From Callorhinchus milii (lineage: Eukaryota), in the NCBI RefSeq assembly GCF_018977255.1, contig NW_024704742.1:46812001-46876000 (forward strand): a stretch of 64,000 bases of DNA. Direction: 5' to 3'. Below, in pieces: positions 36,033-49,035 of the stretch. The first letter of the stretch is position 1. Every line of letters starts with the position of its first letter. Both the position numbers and the translations under genes were made by a program. The notes beneath the pieces were generated by a model, which was not told the origin of the DNA, searched no databases, and saw nothing but the letters and a program-made list of their open reading frames with translations.

Positions 36033-38378
36033 TGTAATGAAATAGGGCTAATCAGCAATCTGGAAGTTAAGGCTCCTCTCGGGCAGAGTGACCATAACAT
36101 GATGGAATTTAACATTAAGTTAGAGAGTGATATAGTTGAATCCGAAGCAAGGGTCTTAAATTTAAATAAAGTTAACTTTGAAGGTATGAGGGAAGATTTG
36201 GCTAAAATAGACTGGGAAATTAGATTAAAAGATATGACAGTAAACCAGCAATGGACCAGCAATGGCAAGCGTTTCAAGATATAATATGTAATTCCCAGTG
36301 ATCACATAATCCCTTGAAAAAAAATAAAGATAAAAATACCACGGGAAAAGTGTTTCAACTTTGGCTAACTAGAGAAGTTAGGGAAAGTATAAAATTAAAA
36401 GAAAAGGGCTGTAATACTGCCAAAAGAGCATTAAACCTGAGGATTGGGAGGGCTTCAGAGATGAACAAAGAAAAACCATGAAACTGATTAAGAGGGAGAA
36501 AATGGAATATGAGGGTAAACTAGCTAGGAACATAAAGACAGATTGTAAGAATTTTTACAAGTACATGAAGAGGAAGAGACTATCAGAAGTGAATTTGGGT
36601 CCATTGCAGGCAGAGACAGGAGAAATTATAACGGGGAATAAAGAAACGGCAGAGTCATTGAACAATTATTTTGCTTCTGTCTTCACATTAGAGGACACTG
36701 AAAACTTACCAAAAATAAAGGGGAACCTGAAGGCTAATGTTAGTGAGGAACTTAAAGAAATGAACATCAGTAAAGCAATAGTACTAGAGAAATTGACAGG
36801 ATTAAAAACCAATAAATCCCATGGACCTGATGGCCTGCATCCTCGGGTTCTAAAAGAGGTGGCTGCAGAGATAGTGGATGCGTTGTTTTTGATCTACCCT
36901 GGATTCTGGAACTGTTCCCATTGATTGGAAGGTCGCAAATCTAACGCTGCTACTTAAGAAGGGTGGGAGATGAAAAATGAGGAACGATAAACGAGTTAGT
37001 TTGACATCAGTGGTAGGGAAAATTCTAGAGTCCTTAATTAGGGATGTCGTCGTGGGGTACTTGGAAAATCATAACATAATTAGGCAGAGTCAACATGGCT
37101 TTACGAAAGGGAAATCATGTTTAACAAATCTTATAGAGTTTGTTGAGGATGTAACTAGCAGGTTAGTTAGAGGGGAACCAGTAGATGTGGTGTATTTGGA
37201 TTTCCAGAAGGCATTCGACAAGGTGCCACATAAAAGGCTGTTGTGATTAGAGCCCATGGAATTAAAGGTAATATATTAGCATGGATTGGAGAGTGGATAA
37301 CAGGAAGAAAACAGAGAGTAGGGATAGACGGGTCCTTCTCAGATTGGTAGGATGTGACTAGTGGAGTGCCACAAGGATCAGTGCTTGGGCCTCAATTATT
37401 TACAGTCTATATCAATGATTTAGATGAGGAAATAGAACTTAACATATCTAAATTCGCGGACGATACAAAGATAGGTGGGAGAGTAAGCTGTGAGGATGAC
37501 ACATGAAGAATGCAAAGGGAAATAGACAGGCTAGGTGAGTGGGCAAGAAGGTGGCAGATGGAGTATAACGTGGGGAAATGTGAAGTTATTCACCTAGGTA
37601 ATAAAAATAGAAAAGCGGATATTTTCTAGAAGGGGAGAGACTAGGTAGTGCTAGTGTTCAGAGGGATTTGGATGTCCTTGTACACCAGTCACAAAAAGTT
37701 AGTATGCAGTTACAGCAAGGAACTAGGAAGGCTAATGCCATGTTGGTGTTTATTGCAAAAGGGTTAGAATACAAGAGTAGGGAAGTCTTGCTGCAGTTGT
37801 ATAAGGCCTTGTTGAAACCACACCTAGAATATTGTGCGCCGTTTTGGTCTCCTTGTTTAAGAAAGGATATACTCACCTTAGAGGGGGTGCAGCGTAGATT
37901 CACCAAGTTGGTTCCTGGGATGAGGGGGTTGACCTATGAGGATAGTTTGAGTAGACTAGGACTATATTCTCTAGAATATAGAAGAATTGGAGGTGATCTT
38001 ATAGAAACCTATAAGATTCGTAAGGGTCCTGACAGCTTAGATGCCATGAGACTTTTTCCGATGGTTGGAGAATTTAAAACTAGGGGTCACAGTCTCAAGA
38101 TTAAGGTTCAGCATTTTCAAACTGAGTTGAAATATTTTTTCACTCAGAGAGTACTGAATTTGTGGAATTCTCTACCCCAGAAGGCGGTGGATGCTCAGTC
38201 CCTCAATATATTCAAGACTGAGGTTGATCGATTTCTAAAGGATAGAGGGATTAAGGGATATGGGAATAGGGCAGGTAAATGGAATTAGGTTAGAAGATCA
38301 ACCATGATCTTATTAAATGGTGGGGCAGGCTCGAGGGGCCGAATGGCCTACTCCTGCTCCTGTGTCTTATGGTCTTAT
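36033..38378 (+). mobile_element. CR1 LINE, 5'-truncated ORF2 (end of the APE endonuclease plus RT), disrupted
   Basis: [54 protein letters not shown] and PHLEYC..FWSP motifs; stops and frameshifts; tcttatggtcttat tail. Confidence 0.97.
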
Positions 38379-38556
38379 AGGACATACGTTTAGAATTGCA
38401 AAGGGCAATTTCAGGACAGACACTGGGAAGTTTTTCTTTACCCTAATGTAATTAATAACTGGAACAGGTTACCAGGAATGGTGATTGGACATTGGGCTCA
38501 CTTAAAAAACAGTTTGATGTTGTGATAATAAGACGGTAGGGTGGATATTCTGGAAT
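38379..38556 (+). mobile_element. Old CR1-family fragment that hosts the younger CR1 (left remnant 36017-36032)
   Basis: aggacagtagaacaag plus ggacatacgtttagaattgcaaagggcaatttcag reconstitute the sequence seen uninterrupted at 10428. Confidence 0.85.
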
Positions 38557-38560
38557 ATCT

Positions 38561-38829
38561 ACACGCCTCTGTTTACCTAGAAGTGAGTAGTAACCAGGTA
38601 GTTAGTCGAATGGCAGATCGCTTTTCTGGGGGTAATATTCCCTCCCCCAAAAATAATTTAGTTGTTCAATCCACGACTGTTTGTGGGAGATACTGCTGTG
38701 TGCAATTGGTTGCAGCGTTTCACCAATAAAATATACAATTCACTTTACAGTATATTCTATGAAGCGCTTTGAGATGTCTCCAATATGTGATAAGGTATTA
38801 TATCAAATGCAAGTATTATTATTATTATT
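38561..38829 (+). mobile_element. CmiSINE-like long variant, 5'-truncated
   Basis: acacgcctctgtttacctag...gcagatcgcttttctgggggtaat...(att)n. Confidence 0.9.
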
Positions 38830-38956
38830 AAACTCCTGATTAGTCGTCAAGGGGAAAGGACTCAGTGACAAGTTTTCTGGAGTGGTGATATAGGCATATG
38901 TATAAATATATAAGTAAATATGGCCAGGATGTTGACACCATGATGCATTAAGTAGT

Positions 38957-39262
38957 AATAATAATAATAATCCTTGCATTTGATATAGCGCTTTTCACGT
39001 CAGGAGGACGTCCCAAAGCGCTTCACAGAACACACTGTAAAGTGAATTGACTGTATATTTGTGGGCGAACGCGGCAGCAATGTCCCACAAACAGTCGTAG
39101 ATTGAAAATGACCAATTTAATTATTGTTTTTGGTTTTTTGGAGGGATTATTATTAGGCGTGTGGAGTAAGGAAACTTGCCCAAGGTTTCGCCCTGCCTGG
39201 AATTGAACTCAGGTCTCTCGCTTGCAAAGCGAGTGCTCTAACCACTGAGCTACAGGACTCCA
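38957..39262 (-). mobile_element. CmiSINE-like short variant, young
   Basis: Head with a TGC (Ala) anticodon loop ctcgc-tttgcaa-gcgag, A/B boxes and (att)n tail. Confidence 0.95.
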
Positions 39263-40351
39263 CAATAGTGACAAGTTAAGCCAGGATCAAGTTATCCGAA
39301 GTTTACCATATTCAGATTCCAAGTATATAGTTTAATCTTGATTTTGCTGCTGAACAAAGTGTACTATCTCAATTTTAAAGTAAAGAAAAAAAAGGCAGTG
39401 ATGTTTGTTCAGAATCCTTCATAAGGTATTTTCATAAATATATCAGCAGGATGGAATGCAGTATGTGATGTGATAATTATGACTGTATTCCCCCACCCCC
39501 TTCCCCCCATTTACTAAAAGTATATTTGATTCCCCGGATATATCAGATTGCTCCATCTCTACATACACCAACCCAACCGGTACATCTTATATGTGTCCAA
39601 ATCCAAACTGATCTGAATGCAGCTACTTTGCAGAATATTGCTATTTGTATGCAGAATATTGCTGTTTGAAAAAATATTCTATTGCGGCATAGAGGCAAAA
39701 CCACCCAAATATTTGCAACATGGTTTGTGCACTTTTAGTGTGACTGAATCCGCTGGGGTTTGACTGTCTGATCTGATATTTGCTTTCCTCTTCAGTGACC
39801 CTGCTGGACTGTGTGTCGCACTGCAGCAAAATAGCAATGAATTCTGATTGGGGAGTGCAGTGAGCTATTTGATTGCTTTTGGAGTAGGAAGCTGCCAGCA
39901 GGAAACGCAGACTCAAACTAATGAGAATGAGTCACACTTTAATATAATTTACAGGAAGTTCAGGTCCGCATCACAATAATGCTGTGTCACTTTTATTCTT
40001 GAAAGTCTAACCTTACATTCAATCCAAAGTACCAGTGGGCATACTACCAACCACAATTAACTGTTGATAGCCAGCTATCTTTCATTAGATAGATGAATCA
40101 ATACATTCAATCAGGATGCAACATTTTTTTAGTGCTTAAAACCTACAGTCAAATACTTTGGTACCTGCTTGGCAAGTTCAACTACTCAACTTCACTTGAC
40201 TGGTGTTCTGATAACTAATTATTTCAAAGATGATAGTTTTTTNGAATTAATATGACATTTCTTTTGCAAGTCAGCATTTTGTTCATAATTTATTTGCATT
40301 GTAAACTGCACAGTAAATCTTACCATTGCATTAAATCCACACTGTTCCACT

Positions 40352-40860
40352 TCTAATGATACCAGGGATGAAGGTAAAAGGCTTGAAAAATTACCTCTGT
40401 TTTTGCTGGAACCGAGGTAATTTGTTGGGAATCGAACAGAGGTTTACAAATTCTGAAAGATTTCAAGGGGCTGGATAATGAAAGATTATCCCAGTAAATC
40501 AGTAACAATTTGGCACAAGTTAAGAATTGTATGTAACTGGACGAGTTAAGTTAAAGGTTGGTTAGAAGAAATACTATCATGCAAAAGGTTATAAAAACAT
40601 AGAATACTATTGAGACGGATGACGTAACAACATTTAAGACATTTGAAATTGAAAGGATTAGTTGAGGTACCGATCAGTCATGATCTAATTAAATGGCAGA
40701 ACAGGTTCGAAGGGCTGAATGGCCTCCTCCGGTTCCTATGTTCCTAGAAGGGAATTGAATAAAATCCAAAGAAGGAATATAAAATGATATGGGGAAAGAG
40801 CAGAAACTTTGGGATTACATTGTTCAAGCACACAGGAGGTGATGCTGACCATGATCTGAT
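40352..40860 (+). mobile_element. Very old CR1 3' fragment with a nested CR1 tail (about 40657-40746)
   Basis: ataccagggatgaagg...gatatggggaaagagcag; nested gatcagtcatgatctaattaaatggcagaacaggttcgaagggctgaatggcctcctccggttcctatgttcc. Confidence 0.65.
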
Positions 40861-41900
40861 GACCCAGAACTTAGCCATTTTTTAGCATTTTGTTTTTAAC
40901 CTGGTGGGATACACATTGGGCCCTGCCATAATGAGGTTTCCCCATATGTGGCACAGACTTCCAAACAAAGCAGTTAATGCTGAGTCAATATGCACCTTTA
41001 CAAACATATAATGGGTTAGAGAGTTATAATAATAATGCGAATCCTTGCATTTGTTACTGCACCTTATCACATTGTCAAGACATTTCGAAGTGCTTCACAT
41101 GATATACTTTAAAGTATATTTTGTAGGTGAAATATAGATAGTAACAGATATAGTCTATTCCCATGGACACTGGTGGAACTGGTGGAAAGCAGACAGCTAA
41201 CTGAAGGAGGTGGTATGATGCAGAGAAATAAGCAGATGAAATTCAATAATTTTGAAGAAAATACATTGTATTTTTTCTCTAAATTTTCCAGGACAGAAAC
41301 ATTGCTTGTAGTTGGTGGTGGCAATAGTGGTGTGAGAGAATTCCAACTTGCTTCTGTACTTAATTGCTGCCTTCAACTTTGGGGATTTATTAATGCAATC
41401 CCACAGGAATGCAATCTGTCTGTGTCATTCTGTCTGTGTCATCATCATTACCACAATATATAAGGGGAGGTGTTGCTACCATTATACATTGCCCCCAGTA
41501 ATCCAGATCAGTATTTGTTTAGAAAAGAATAAAGTGATGCATGGCTGGCTTTTTAGTTCACTTTTTTATATTTCTATTAATATTTCAGGCAAGTTTACCT
41601 TCCGCTGTCTAATTTCATACAAAGAAAATCGATACCTTGTGTTTTTGCATTCCAGACCAACATTAAAAGGTTAGAATAAAAATGGGTTCCAAGATAATAA
41701 TGGTTCCCAGAAGTACATAGATAAAGATTTGCCATTTGCTGTTAAAAGCCTTGTGGATGACCTGATACTTCACACTCACCTCCAAAGCTCCAACATTTCC
41801 TTGCGTTTTTACACTAATACTAGGAAGTATTACAAATAATGTGGGAGAGTTTGCAGCACAAATACATCCGTGGGTGTATAATGTTACAGAGACATTGTGT

Positions 41901-42454
41901 GGAGTTCTGTTGCTCAGTGGTTAGAGTGCTCGCCTCGCAAGCGAGATACCTGGGTTCGATTTCTGGCAGGGCGAAATGTTGGGCAAGTTTCCTTACTCCA
42001 CATGCCTCTGTTTACCAGCACTAAGTAGAAACCCAGTTTTTAGTTGATTGGCAGATTGCTTTCCCCAGGGAAATAATTCTTAAGAAAAAATTTGGTCATT
42101 CAATCCGCGATGGTCTGTGGGACACTGCTGTGTGCAATTCGCTGCCGCGTTTCGCCCACAAATATTTAATTCACTTTACAGTATATTCTGTGAAGCAGTC
42201 ATTCCACCTCACCCCCTCCTTAGGCTCCTTCAAGTCCCGCCTCAAAACCCTCCTCTTTGACCATGCCATTGGTCACCCCTCTTCCCCTCCTCTTCCTTCT
42301 CCCCCACTGACCCCAGCTCGGGTCTGAAATGCTGTACACTGTCCAGCGCCTTGGAACGTCCTCCCAATGTGAAAGGCGCTGTACAAATGTAATATGGTGG
42401 TTGTATAGAAGACGTGAAAAGCGCTATATCAAATGAAGGTTTATTATTATTATT
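41901..42454 (+). mobile_element. CmiSINE-like long variant with a nested L2 3' end (about 42197-42405)
   Basis: Full head and CORE-like domain; the tail is split at ctgtgaagc | gaagacgtgaaaagcgct by L2 sequence (SFKSRLKTLLFD). Confidence 0.9.
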
Positions 42455-43264
42455 GACGCAGCCTGATCAAATTTGGGAGCTGAATGTACCAGCATATAAA
42501 AAAAACTCAAATATCATTATAGTGCATATTAATGCTAAGCCACTAAATAAATATCCATGTCACCAGCTATCACCATGATTTATCACATCAAGTGTTACAT
42601 TTTCATGCCTATGTTTCATGTCAGAGGCATACTATAGACCAAGAATAGTAAGGAATCATTATTCTTCTTTGCTACAAGAACAAGCACATCTTTTATCTCA
42701 ATCTAAAGCAGGAGTCAGATTAGATATCAAGTACAGGACTTGCCTTGCACATTGTTCAGTTTGTTATTTCTAGACAAACTCCACATTTGAACTCAAATTG
42801 TGGTCAATTTACCTGCTGAAGCCATGAGATTTTGAACAGCTTCCAACTTGATTTACGAGATAAGCAGGAAGATCGAAGAAGTAATTTAAAATGTGTGAAA
42901 TTTATAGTTTGAGTTCTGGGCGAGACTAACAAACTCCACAGGGCTCTGTTGGTATAATATCATTAATTCCATTTGATTAGAAGTTTAGAAACAGATGGCT
43001 CAGTCTCTTGAAGTCAGAGGCTTAGAAACTAACTTTCTGTGGAAATATATTTTCCTTCAAATATTTTTCTGGGTCAATCCTAAGGAAATATATCAAATAA
43101 TATATGAAATAAATAGTTATATTTTTTGCAACAAACTATTGTAATATTTGACACGTCTTTTCTGATAGGAACACGGTAAGAAGCCATTTGGTCTATTTTT
43201 TCATGTCAGGATTTTCTCCTCCAAGAAGTTATCTATCCAAATCTCAGTTACCTGCTCTTTTCCT

Positions 43265-43849
43265 GTGTGCCAGATTGGCTCAATGATGTACTAATATGAC
43301 ATAACAGGCTCAATATTGTGTCACCAATTGGTAGTAAGAGTCAATGGGTTACTGTTTGAATCACTCTTTCACTTGCTCCTAACAAGGATTGACTCTCACC
43401 TCTGAGTCGGAAGGCTGTCAGTTCAAGCCCCACATTGGGACTTTGAATTAACAAATTGAAGCCAACACTCGGTTGCAGTGCTGGGCATGTGCAGTGTTGT
43501 TGGAGGTGTGGGCAAGGGCCAACAGATTTTCTTTTTAAAAAATTGGTTTCAGACCAGTCCAGCTAAGTCCAAATTCCACCTACCTGAAGTCTGGTAAAAT
43601 AGGGATTATTGCATTAAAAATCCCATGACATTATTTGATAAGAGAAGGGAGTTTCTCCCAATGTCCAAGCCAACATTTCCTTGGCTAAAACTGATCATTC
43701 ACTTCATAACTGTTTGTGGGATATTAATGTGTGCAAATTGGCTGCCTTATTTGCCTACAAGAGACACAGTCACTATACTTTACAATACATTCTGTGACGC
43801 GCTTTGAGATATCTTTCTGATGCAATAAGGTGCTATATCAGATGTAATT
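43265..43849 (+). mobile_element. Deu-domain SINE whose head is interrupted by a 111-bp insert
   Basis: gtgccagattggctca ... ctcacctctgagtcggaaggctg head halves; Deu 3' part at 43612-43849. Confidence 0.8.
43284..43394 (+). repeat. 111-bp direct repeat, copy 1 (partner 47049-47159)
   Basis: Ungapped alignment with 13 mismatches in 111 bp by manual count. Confidence 0.95.
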
Positions 43850-46800
43850 AAGAACATAAGAACGTAAGAATTAGGCCCCTCGAGTCTGCCCCGCCATTCG
43901 ATAAGATTGTGACTGATCTTCTGACCTAATTCTATTTACCTGCTCTATCCCCATATCCCCCAATCCCTCTATTTTTTTAAAAATCTATCAGTCTCAGCCT
44001 TGAAAATGTTCAAGAACTGAGCATCTACAGCCTTCTGGGGTAGTGAATTCCATAAATTCACTACCCTCTGAGTGAAGAAATGTTTCCTCAACTCTGTTTG
44101 AAAAGTCTGACCCTTAATTTTAAGACTGTGACCCCTGGTTATAGATTCTCCTACCAGGGGAAACAGTCCCTCAGTGGCTGCTTTATCAGCCCTTTAAGAA
44201 TCTTATATGTTTCAATAAGATCTCCGCTAATTCTTCTGTACGCTGAGAATACAGCCCTAGTTTATTCAGCCTATCCTCATAGGTCAGTCCCCTCATCCCA
44301 GGAACTAACATAGTGAATCTACGCTGCACCCCCTCCAGGGCAAGTATGTCCTTTTTTGAACAAGGAAACCAAAACTGCAACAATACTCTAGGTGCAGTCT
44401 CACCAGGGCCCTATACAGTTGCAGCAAGACTTCCCTACTCTTGTACTCTAAACCTTTTGCAATGAACACTAACGCTAACTCGCCTTCTTGGTTGCTTGCT
44501 GCACCTGCAAACTAACTTTTTGAGAATGGTGTACAAGGACACCCAAATCCCTCTGAACACTAACACTATCTAATTTCTCCCCCTCTAGAAAATAATCTGT
44601 TTTTATATTTTTTCTACCCAGGTGAATAACTTCACACTTCCCCACATTAAATTCCATCTGCCACCTACTCGCCCACTCCCCTAGCCTATCTATATCCCGT
44701 TGCAATGTTTTTGCATCATCCTCAGAGCTTACTCTCCCACCTAGTTTCGTGTCATCCACGAACTTAGATATGTTACATTCAATTTCCTCGTCTAGATCAT
44801 TGATGTAAATTGTAAATAGCTGAGGCCCAAGCAATGATCCTTGTGGCACTCCACTGGTCACATCCTGCCAATTCGAGAATGACCAGTTTATCCCTACTCT
44901 CTGTTTTCTACCCGTTAGCCACTCTTCAATCCATGCTAATATGTCCCCATTAATCCCGTGGACCTTAACCTTGTGCAATAGCCTTTTGTGTGGCACTTTG
45001 TCAAATGCCTTCATAAAATCTAAATATACTACATCTACTGGTTCCCCCCTATCTAACCTACTAGATACATCTTCAAAAAACTAAAAGATTAGCTAAGCAT
45101 GACTTCCCTTTTGTAAAGCCATGTTGACTCTGCCTAATCTTGTTATGGTCTTCCAGGAATCCCATAACGACATCCTTAATTAAGGACTCAAGAATTTTCC
45201 CTACCACTGATGTCAGACTAACTGGTCTATAGTTCCTCATCTTTTCTCTCCCACTCTTCTTAAATAGTGGTGTTAAGTTTGTAATCTTCCAATCAATGGG
45301 AACCGTTCTAGAATCCAGAGAATTTTGGAAGATCAAAGACAAGCCATCCACTATCTCAGTAGCCACCTCTTTTAAAACCCTAGGATGTAGGCCATCAGGT
45401 CCAAGGGATTTATTAGTTTTAAGACCTGACAATTTACCTAAAACCATTTCTTTACTAATATTAATTTCCCCAAGTTGCTCGCTAACATTGTCTTCTTCGT
45501 TCCCCTCTATTCTTGGTACAGCGCCTTGGGACGTCCTCCCGACGTGAAAGGCGCTCAATAAATGGAATCTTGTTGTTGTTGTTGTTGTTGTTGGTAGGTT
45601 TTCAGTGTCTTCTAAAATGAAGACAGTAGCAAAGTATTTGTTTAATGGCTCTGCCATGTCTTTGTCCCCTACTGTATTTCCCCCTGTCTCTGACAGTAAC
45701 GGACCCACATTTACCTTTGACAGCCTCTTCCTCTTTATATATTTGTAAAAACTCTTGCAGTCTGTCTTTATGTTCCTTGTTGCCCTCATATTCCATTTTC
45801 TCCCTGTTAATCATTTTTTTGTTTCTCCTTTGTTGATCCCTAAAGTTCTCCCAATCCTCGGGTTTACTACTCATCTTAGCTGTTTTATAGGGTTCTTCCT
45901 TTAACTTTATACTTTCCCTAGCCACGGTTGGGCCACCTTTCCCGTGGCATTCTTATTCCTCAGAGGAATACGTGCTTGCTGGGAATTTTGAACCTCATAT
46001 TCTCCTTAAACGTCTGCCATTGCTGAAAATCCTGAAGTCTAATTTCCCAGTTTATTTTAGCTAAATCCTCTCTCATACCAGCAAAGTTGGCTCTGCTTAA
46101 ATTTAAGACCTTTGCTTCGGACTTAACTACTTCTCTCTCTAACTTAATGCTCCATTCCATCATATTATGATCACTTTGCTCTAGAGGAGCCTTAAGTTCC
46201 AGTTTGCTGATCAGCCCTGCTTCATTACACAAAACAAGGTCTAATATGGCCTGTTCCTTGGTTGGCTCCTCGGCATACTGGTCTAGATAATTATCCCTAA
46301 TACATTCTATAAACTCTTCCTCTATCTTACTTTTCCTAATTTGTTTGTTCCAGTCTATATGCAGATTAAAATCATCCACAATTAATGTTTTTCCTTTGCT
46401 ACATGCTCCGCTAATTTCCTGATTTATACCTTGAGAGATACTGTGACTGCTGTTCAGGGGTCTATAAACTACTCCCACTAGAGTTTTCTGCCCCTTGTTG
46501 TTACGTACCTCTACCCTTACTGACTCTACTTTCTGCTTTTCTGATTTAAAATCTTTCCTCTCTACTGTTTTTATCCCATCCTTTATCAGCAGGGCCACCC
46601 CCCTCCTCGTTTACCACATTGCCTATCTTTTCTATACACCACATACCCTGGAATACTTACCTCCCACCCTTAATCTCCCTGTAACCATGTCTAGGTGATG
46701 GCTACTAGATCATACCCGTTTGGTTCTATTTGTGCATTTAGTTCAACTATTTTGTTTCGAATGCTTCGCGCATTCAGATATAGCGCCCTTAATTCTGACT

Positions 46801-46892
46801 TCAGGCTATTAGTCCTATTCGCTAGTACCCTATCCCTGGGCTTCTTTTCCCCGCTTGACACACTTTGCTCATCTCCCTCGTTAATCAGCTCT
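43850..46892 (-). mobile_element. CR1 LINE with near-complete but disrupted ORF2 (APE endonuclease plus RT)
   Basis: Minus strand reads ALYLNARSIRNK (APE start near 46786), [46 protein letters not shown] and KFVDDTK; cttatgttct tail at 43851; stops and frameshifts present. Confidence 0.97.
45519..45590 (+). mobile_element. Minimal young L2 tail inserted in the CR1
   Basis: cagcgccttgggacgtcctcccgacgtgaaaggcgct...(gtt)n with TSD ttggta at 45513-45518 and 45591-45596. Confidence 0.95.
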
Positions 46893-47048
46893 CCTTATAT
46901 AAAGAATGTGGAATGCACTGCCCAACAGGCTCGGATACATGTAACAGAATCGATTGAGATGGTTAAAAGAGATAAATAGATACTTGGGAAGTGAAAGTAT
47001 TAAGCTATATGGAGAAAAGGCAGAAACATGGGATTAAAAGATCTGTTG

Positions 47049-47159
47049 TGATGTACAAAAATGACGGAACAGGCTCAATATTTTGTCACCAATCGGTAGC
47101 AAGTGACAACCGGTTCCTGTTTGAATCACTCTTTCACTTGCTCCTAACAAGAATTGACT
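47049..47159 (+). repeat. 111-bp direct repeat, copy 2 (probable donor)
   Basis: Matches 43284-43394 and runs on into apparently unique sequence on its right. Confidence 0.95.
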
Positions 47160-47610
47160 TGATTGTATTTATGTTTAGATTCAATCATAAAATAATTTGC
47201 AGGTCAGTCAATTAGTCATTGCAATGCTCGAATGGCTCTCTTCAGCTGAAATAAACCTGAGTCAGTGCAAATCACTGGATCAGAAACAGGCTTTTCCTTT
47301 CATTGCAGCAACTTATCTTTTTAAGATAAATTTTCTGAACATTTTAGAACAGGTGTGGATGCATGTGATAGTGGTAGTTTTCCTGCCAACACTGCTGTTC
47401 TGTTATACACTATGGGATTTATGCAGAGACAGCACACACAGGTTTTCCAAATATGCAGATCAGCGTTACATGCAGATATTCTCTATAGTCTTCATCAAAT
47501 AGAAAGCCAAATCTCACCTGTCTGAATTTCTGCTGTTTACCAGAAGTGATCTGACCCTAGACTCTTGCAGTCTCAGATGAATTTAGCCTGTTTTCTTGCA
47601 TTTAGCTTTA

Positions 47611-47805
47611 TAATTATAACCCTTACATTTGATGTAATACCTTATCACATTGTTGAGCCATTTAAAAGTGCTTCACAAGATGTAATGTAAAGTGGTGTGA
47701 CTGTATTTTTGTAGGTAAACACAGCAGCCAATTTTGCACATAGTAATGTCTCACAAACAGTCATAGAGTTAATGACCAATCTTATTTGGTGGAATTGTCG
47801 GCCAG
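47611..47805 (-). mobile_element. Deu SINE 3' half
   Basis: aaagtgcttcacaaga...cagcagccaattttgcacatagtaatgtctcacaaacag. Confidence 0.8.
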
Positions 47806-48440
47806 CTCCCCATTTAAGGCTCCATCCCTGAAAATCAGAGTGATGTTTGTAATGTCTATAACTATAATCTGTGCTAATTTACACTGACAATACTTAGAGT
47901 ACCCTCTTTGTAATGACAAAAGAAAGCACTAAATGGCTATTAAGTCACAGCAACTTCCCTCCCAGTATAGCATCTGCCAAATTTCACATCAGGATTCCAA
48001 CACAATCCTTGTCTTGATGACACAGGATTTATAAGAGTTTAGCTTACTGAAAGCTTTTATACAACATTTGCAAAAATATTTTACTTTAAAAATATAATGC
48101 ATGTATCTAATAACTTTATTTTTTCCTGTAATGAGCAGGTATGTCTGAGACCTTGTCTGTTGCACAATAAAAATCACATCCCTCCAAGTATTTGTTTTTA
48201 AATTTTGCCTCAATGCCACAAAAGTGCAATAAAACCAATCATTGCAAAGCTCTGTTAAACCCAGATAGTGAATCTGTAAAAGTGCCCATCTGCTTTTAGT
48301 CTAGGGTCTAAACAATGTAACAACAGCTTTGGTTTTAAAATGGCTCAGTTGCTTGCAGTAACCTCTGTGCTGAATTCTTTCCCCTGACAAATTTTCAAAA
48401 TGCAGCGCCAATCAGTTTACTGTCAGGAGTGAAAAATGAC

Positions 48441-49035
48441 ACCAAGAATTTACATTTACACTGCTTCTCCAGAAGGCATTCCGTCTCAAAGCGCCTTAGG
48501 TGAGGGGGAAGGTGACGGAAAGTGTGACAAAAAGATAGGTCTTAATGCAGATTTTGAAGGTGGGGAAGGAAGAAGAGAGGCGGAAGAACTTCGGGATACA
48601 GTTTCAGAGAATGGGGGCAGAACGACTGAAATTTCTCTCAACTATGGTGGGGTGGATTGGGTGGAAGACAGGAAGCTCGCCAGTGTTCGTTGAACCGGGG
48701 GAGCAGCCAGAGCAGGAGAGTTGGAGGAGATCACAAGGGTAGAGTGGGGCGAGGTGTGGAGCGATTTGACATATGTACAACTACAACTTGCATTTATATA
48801 GCGCCCTTCAAGCTGAGTAGCATCCCAGAGCGTTTCACAATGTCAAAATCTGACAACAATCCAGGCAGACAGGGAGGGTGGAGGTGACCCTAAGCACGAT
48901 CAAAAAGGAAGGTCTTTAAGTTGGATTTGAAGGTGGGAAGGGAAGGGGTAAGGCAGAGGGATTGAGGGAGAGAGCTCCAGAGTTTTGGGGCATAGTGACT
49001 TAACGCACGCCACTGATGGTGAAACGGAGGGAGAA
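48441..49035 (-). mobile_element. Two adjacent old L2 3' fragments (48441-48767 and 48777-49035)
   Basis: acaacttgcatttatatagcgccc tail; ttgaaggtgggaaggg...gagctccagag pattern as in other L2 copies. Confidence 0.75.

Noticed and set aside
36478..38288. Reverse-transcriptase ORFs as a functional or novel RT system
   Set aside because: Standard CR1 ORF2 pieces with stops and frameshifts, 5' truncation and a CR1 tail. The same applies to 44475-46598.
39796..39921. Acceptor-like site tttgctttcctcttcag followed by a short open frame
   Set aside because: Peptide unrecognised and no clear donor. Such sites are common by chance.
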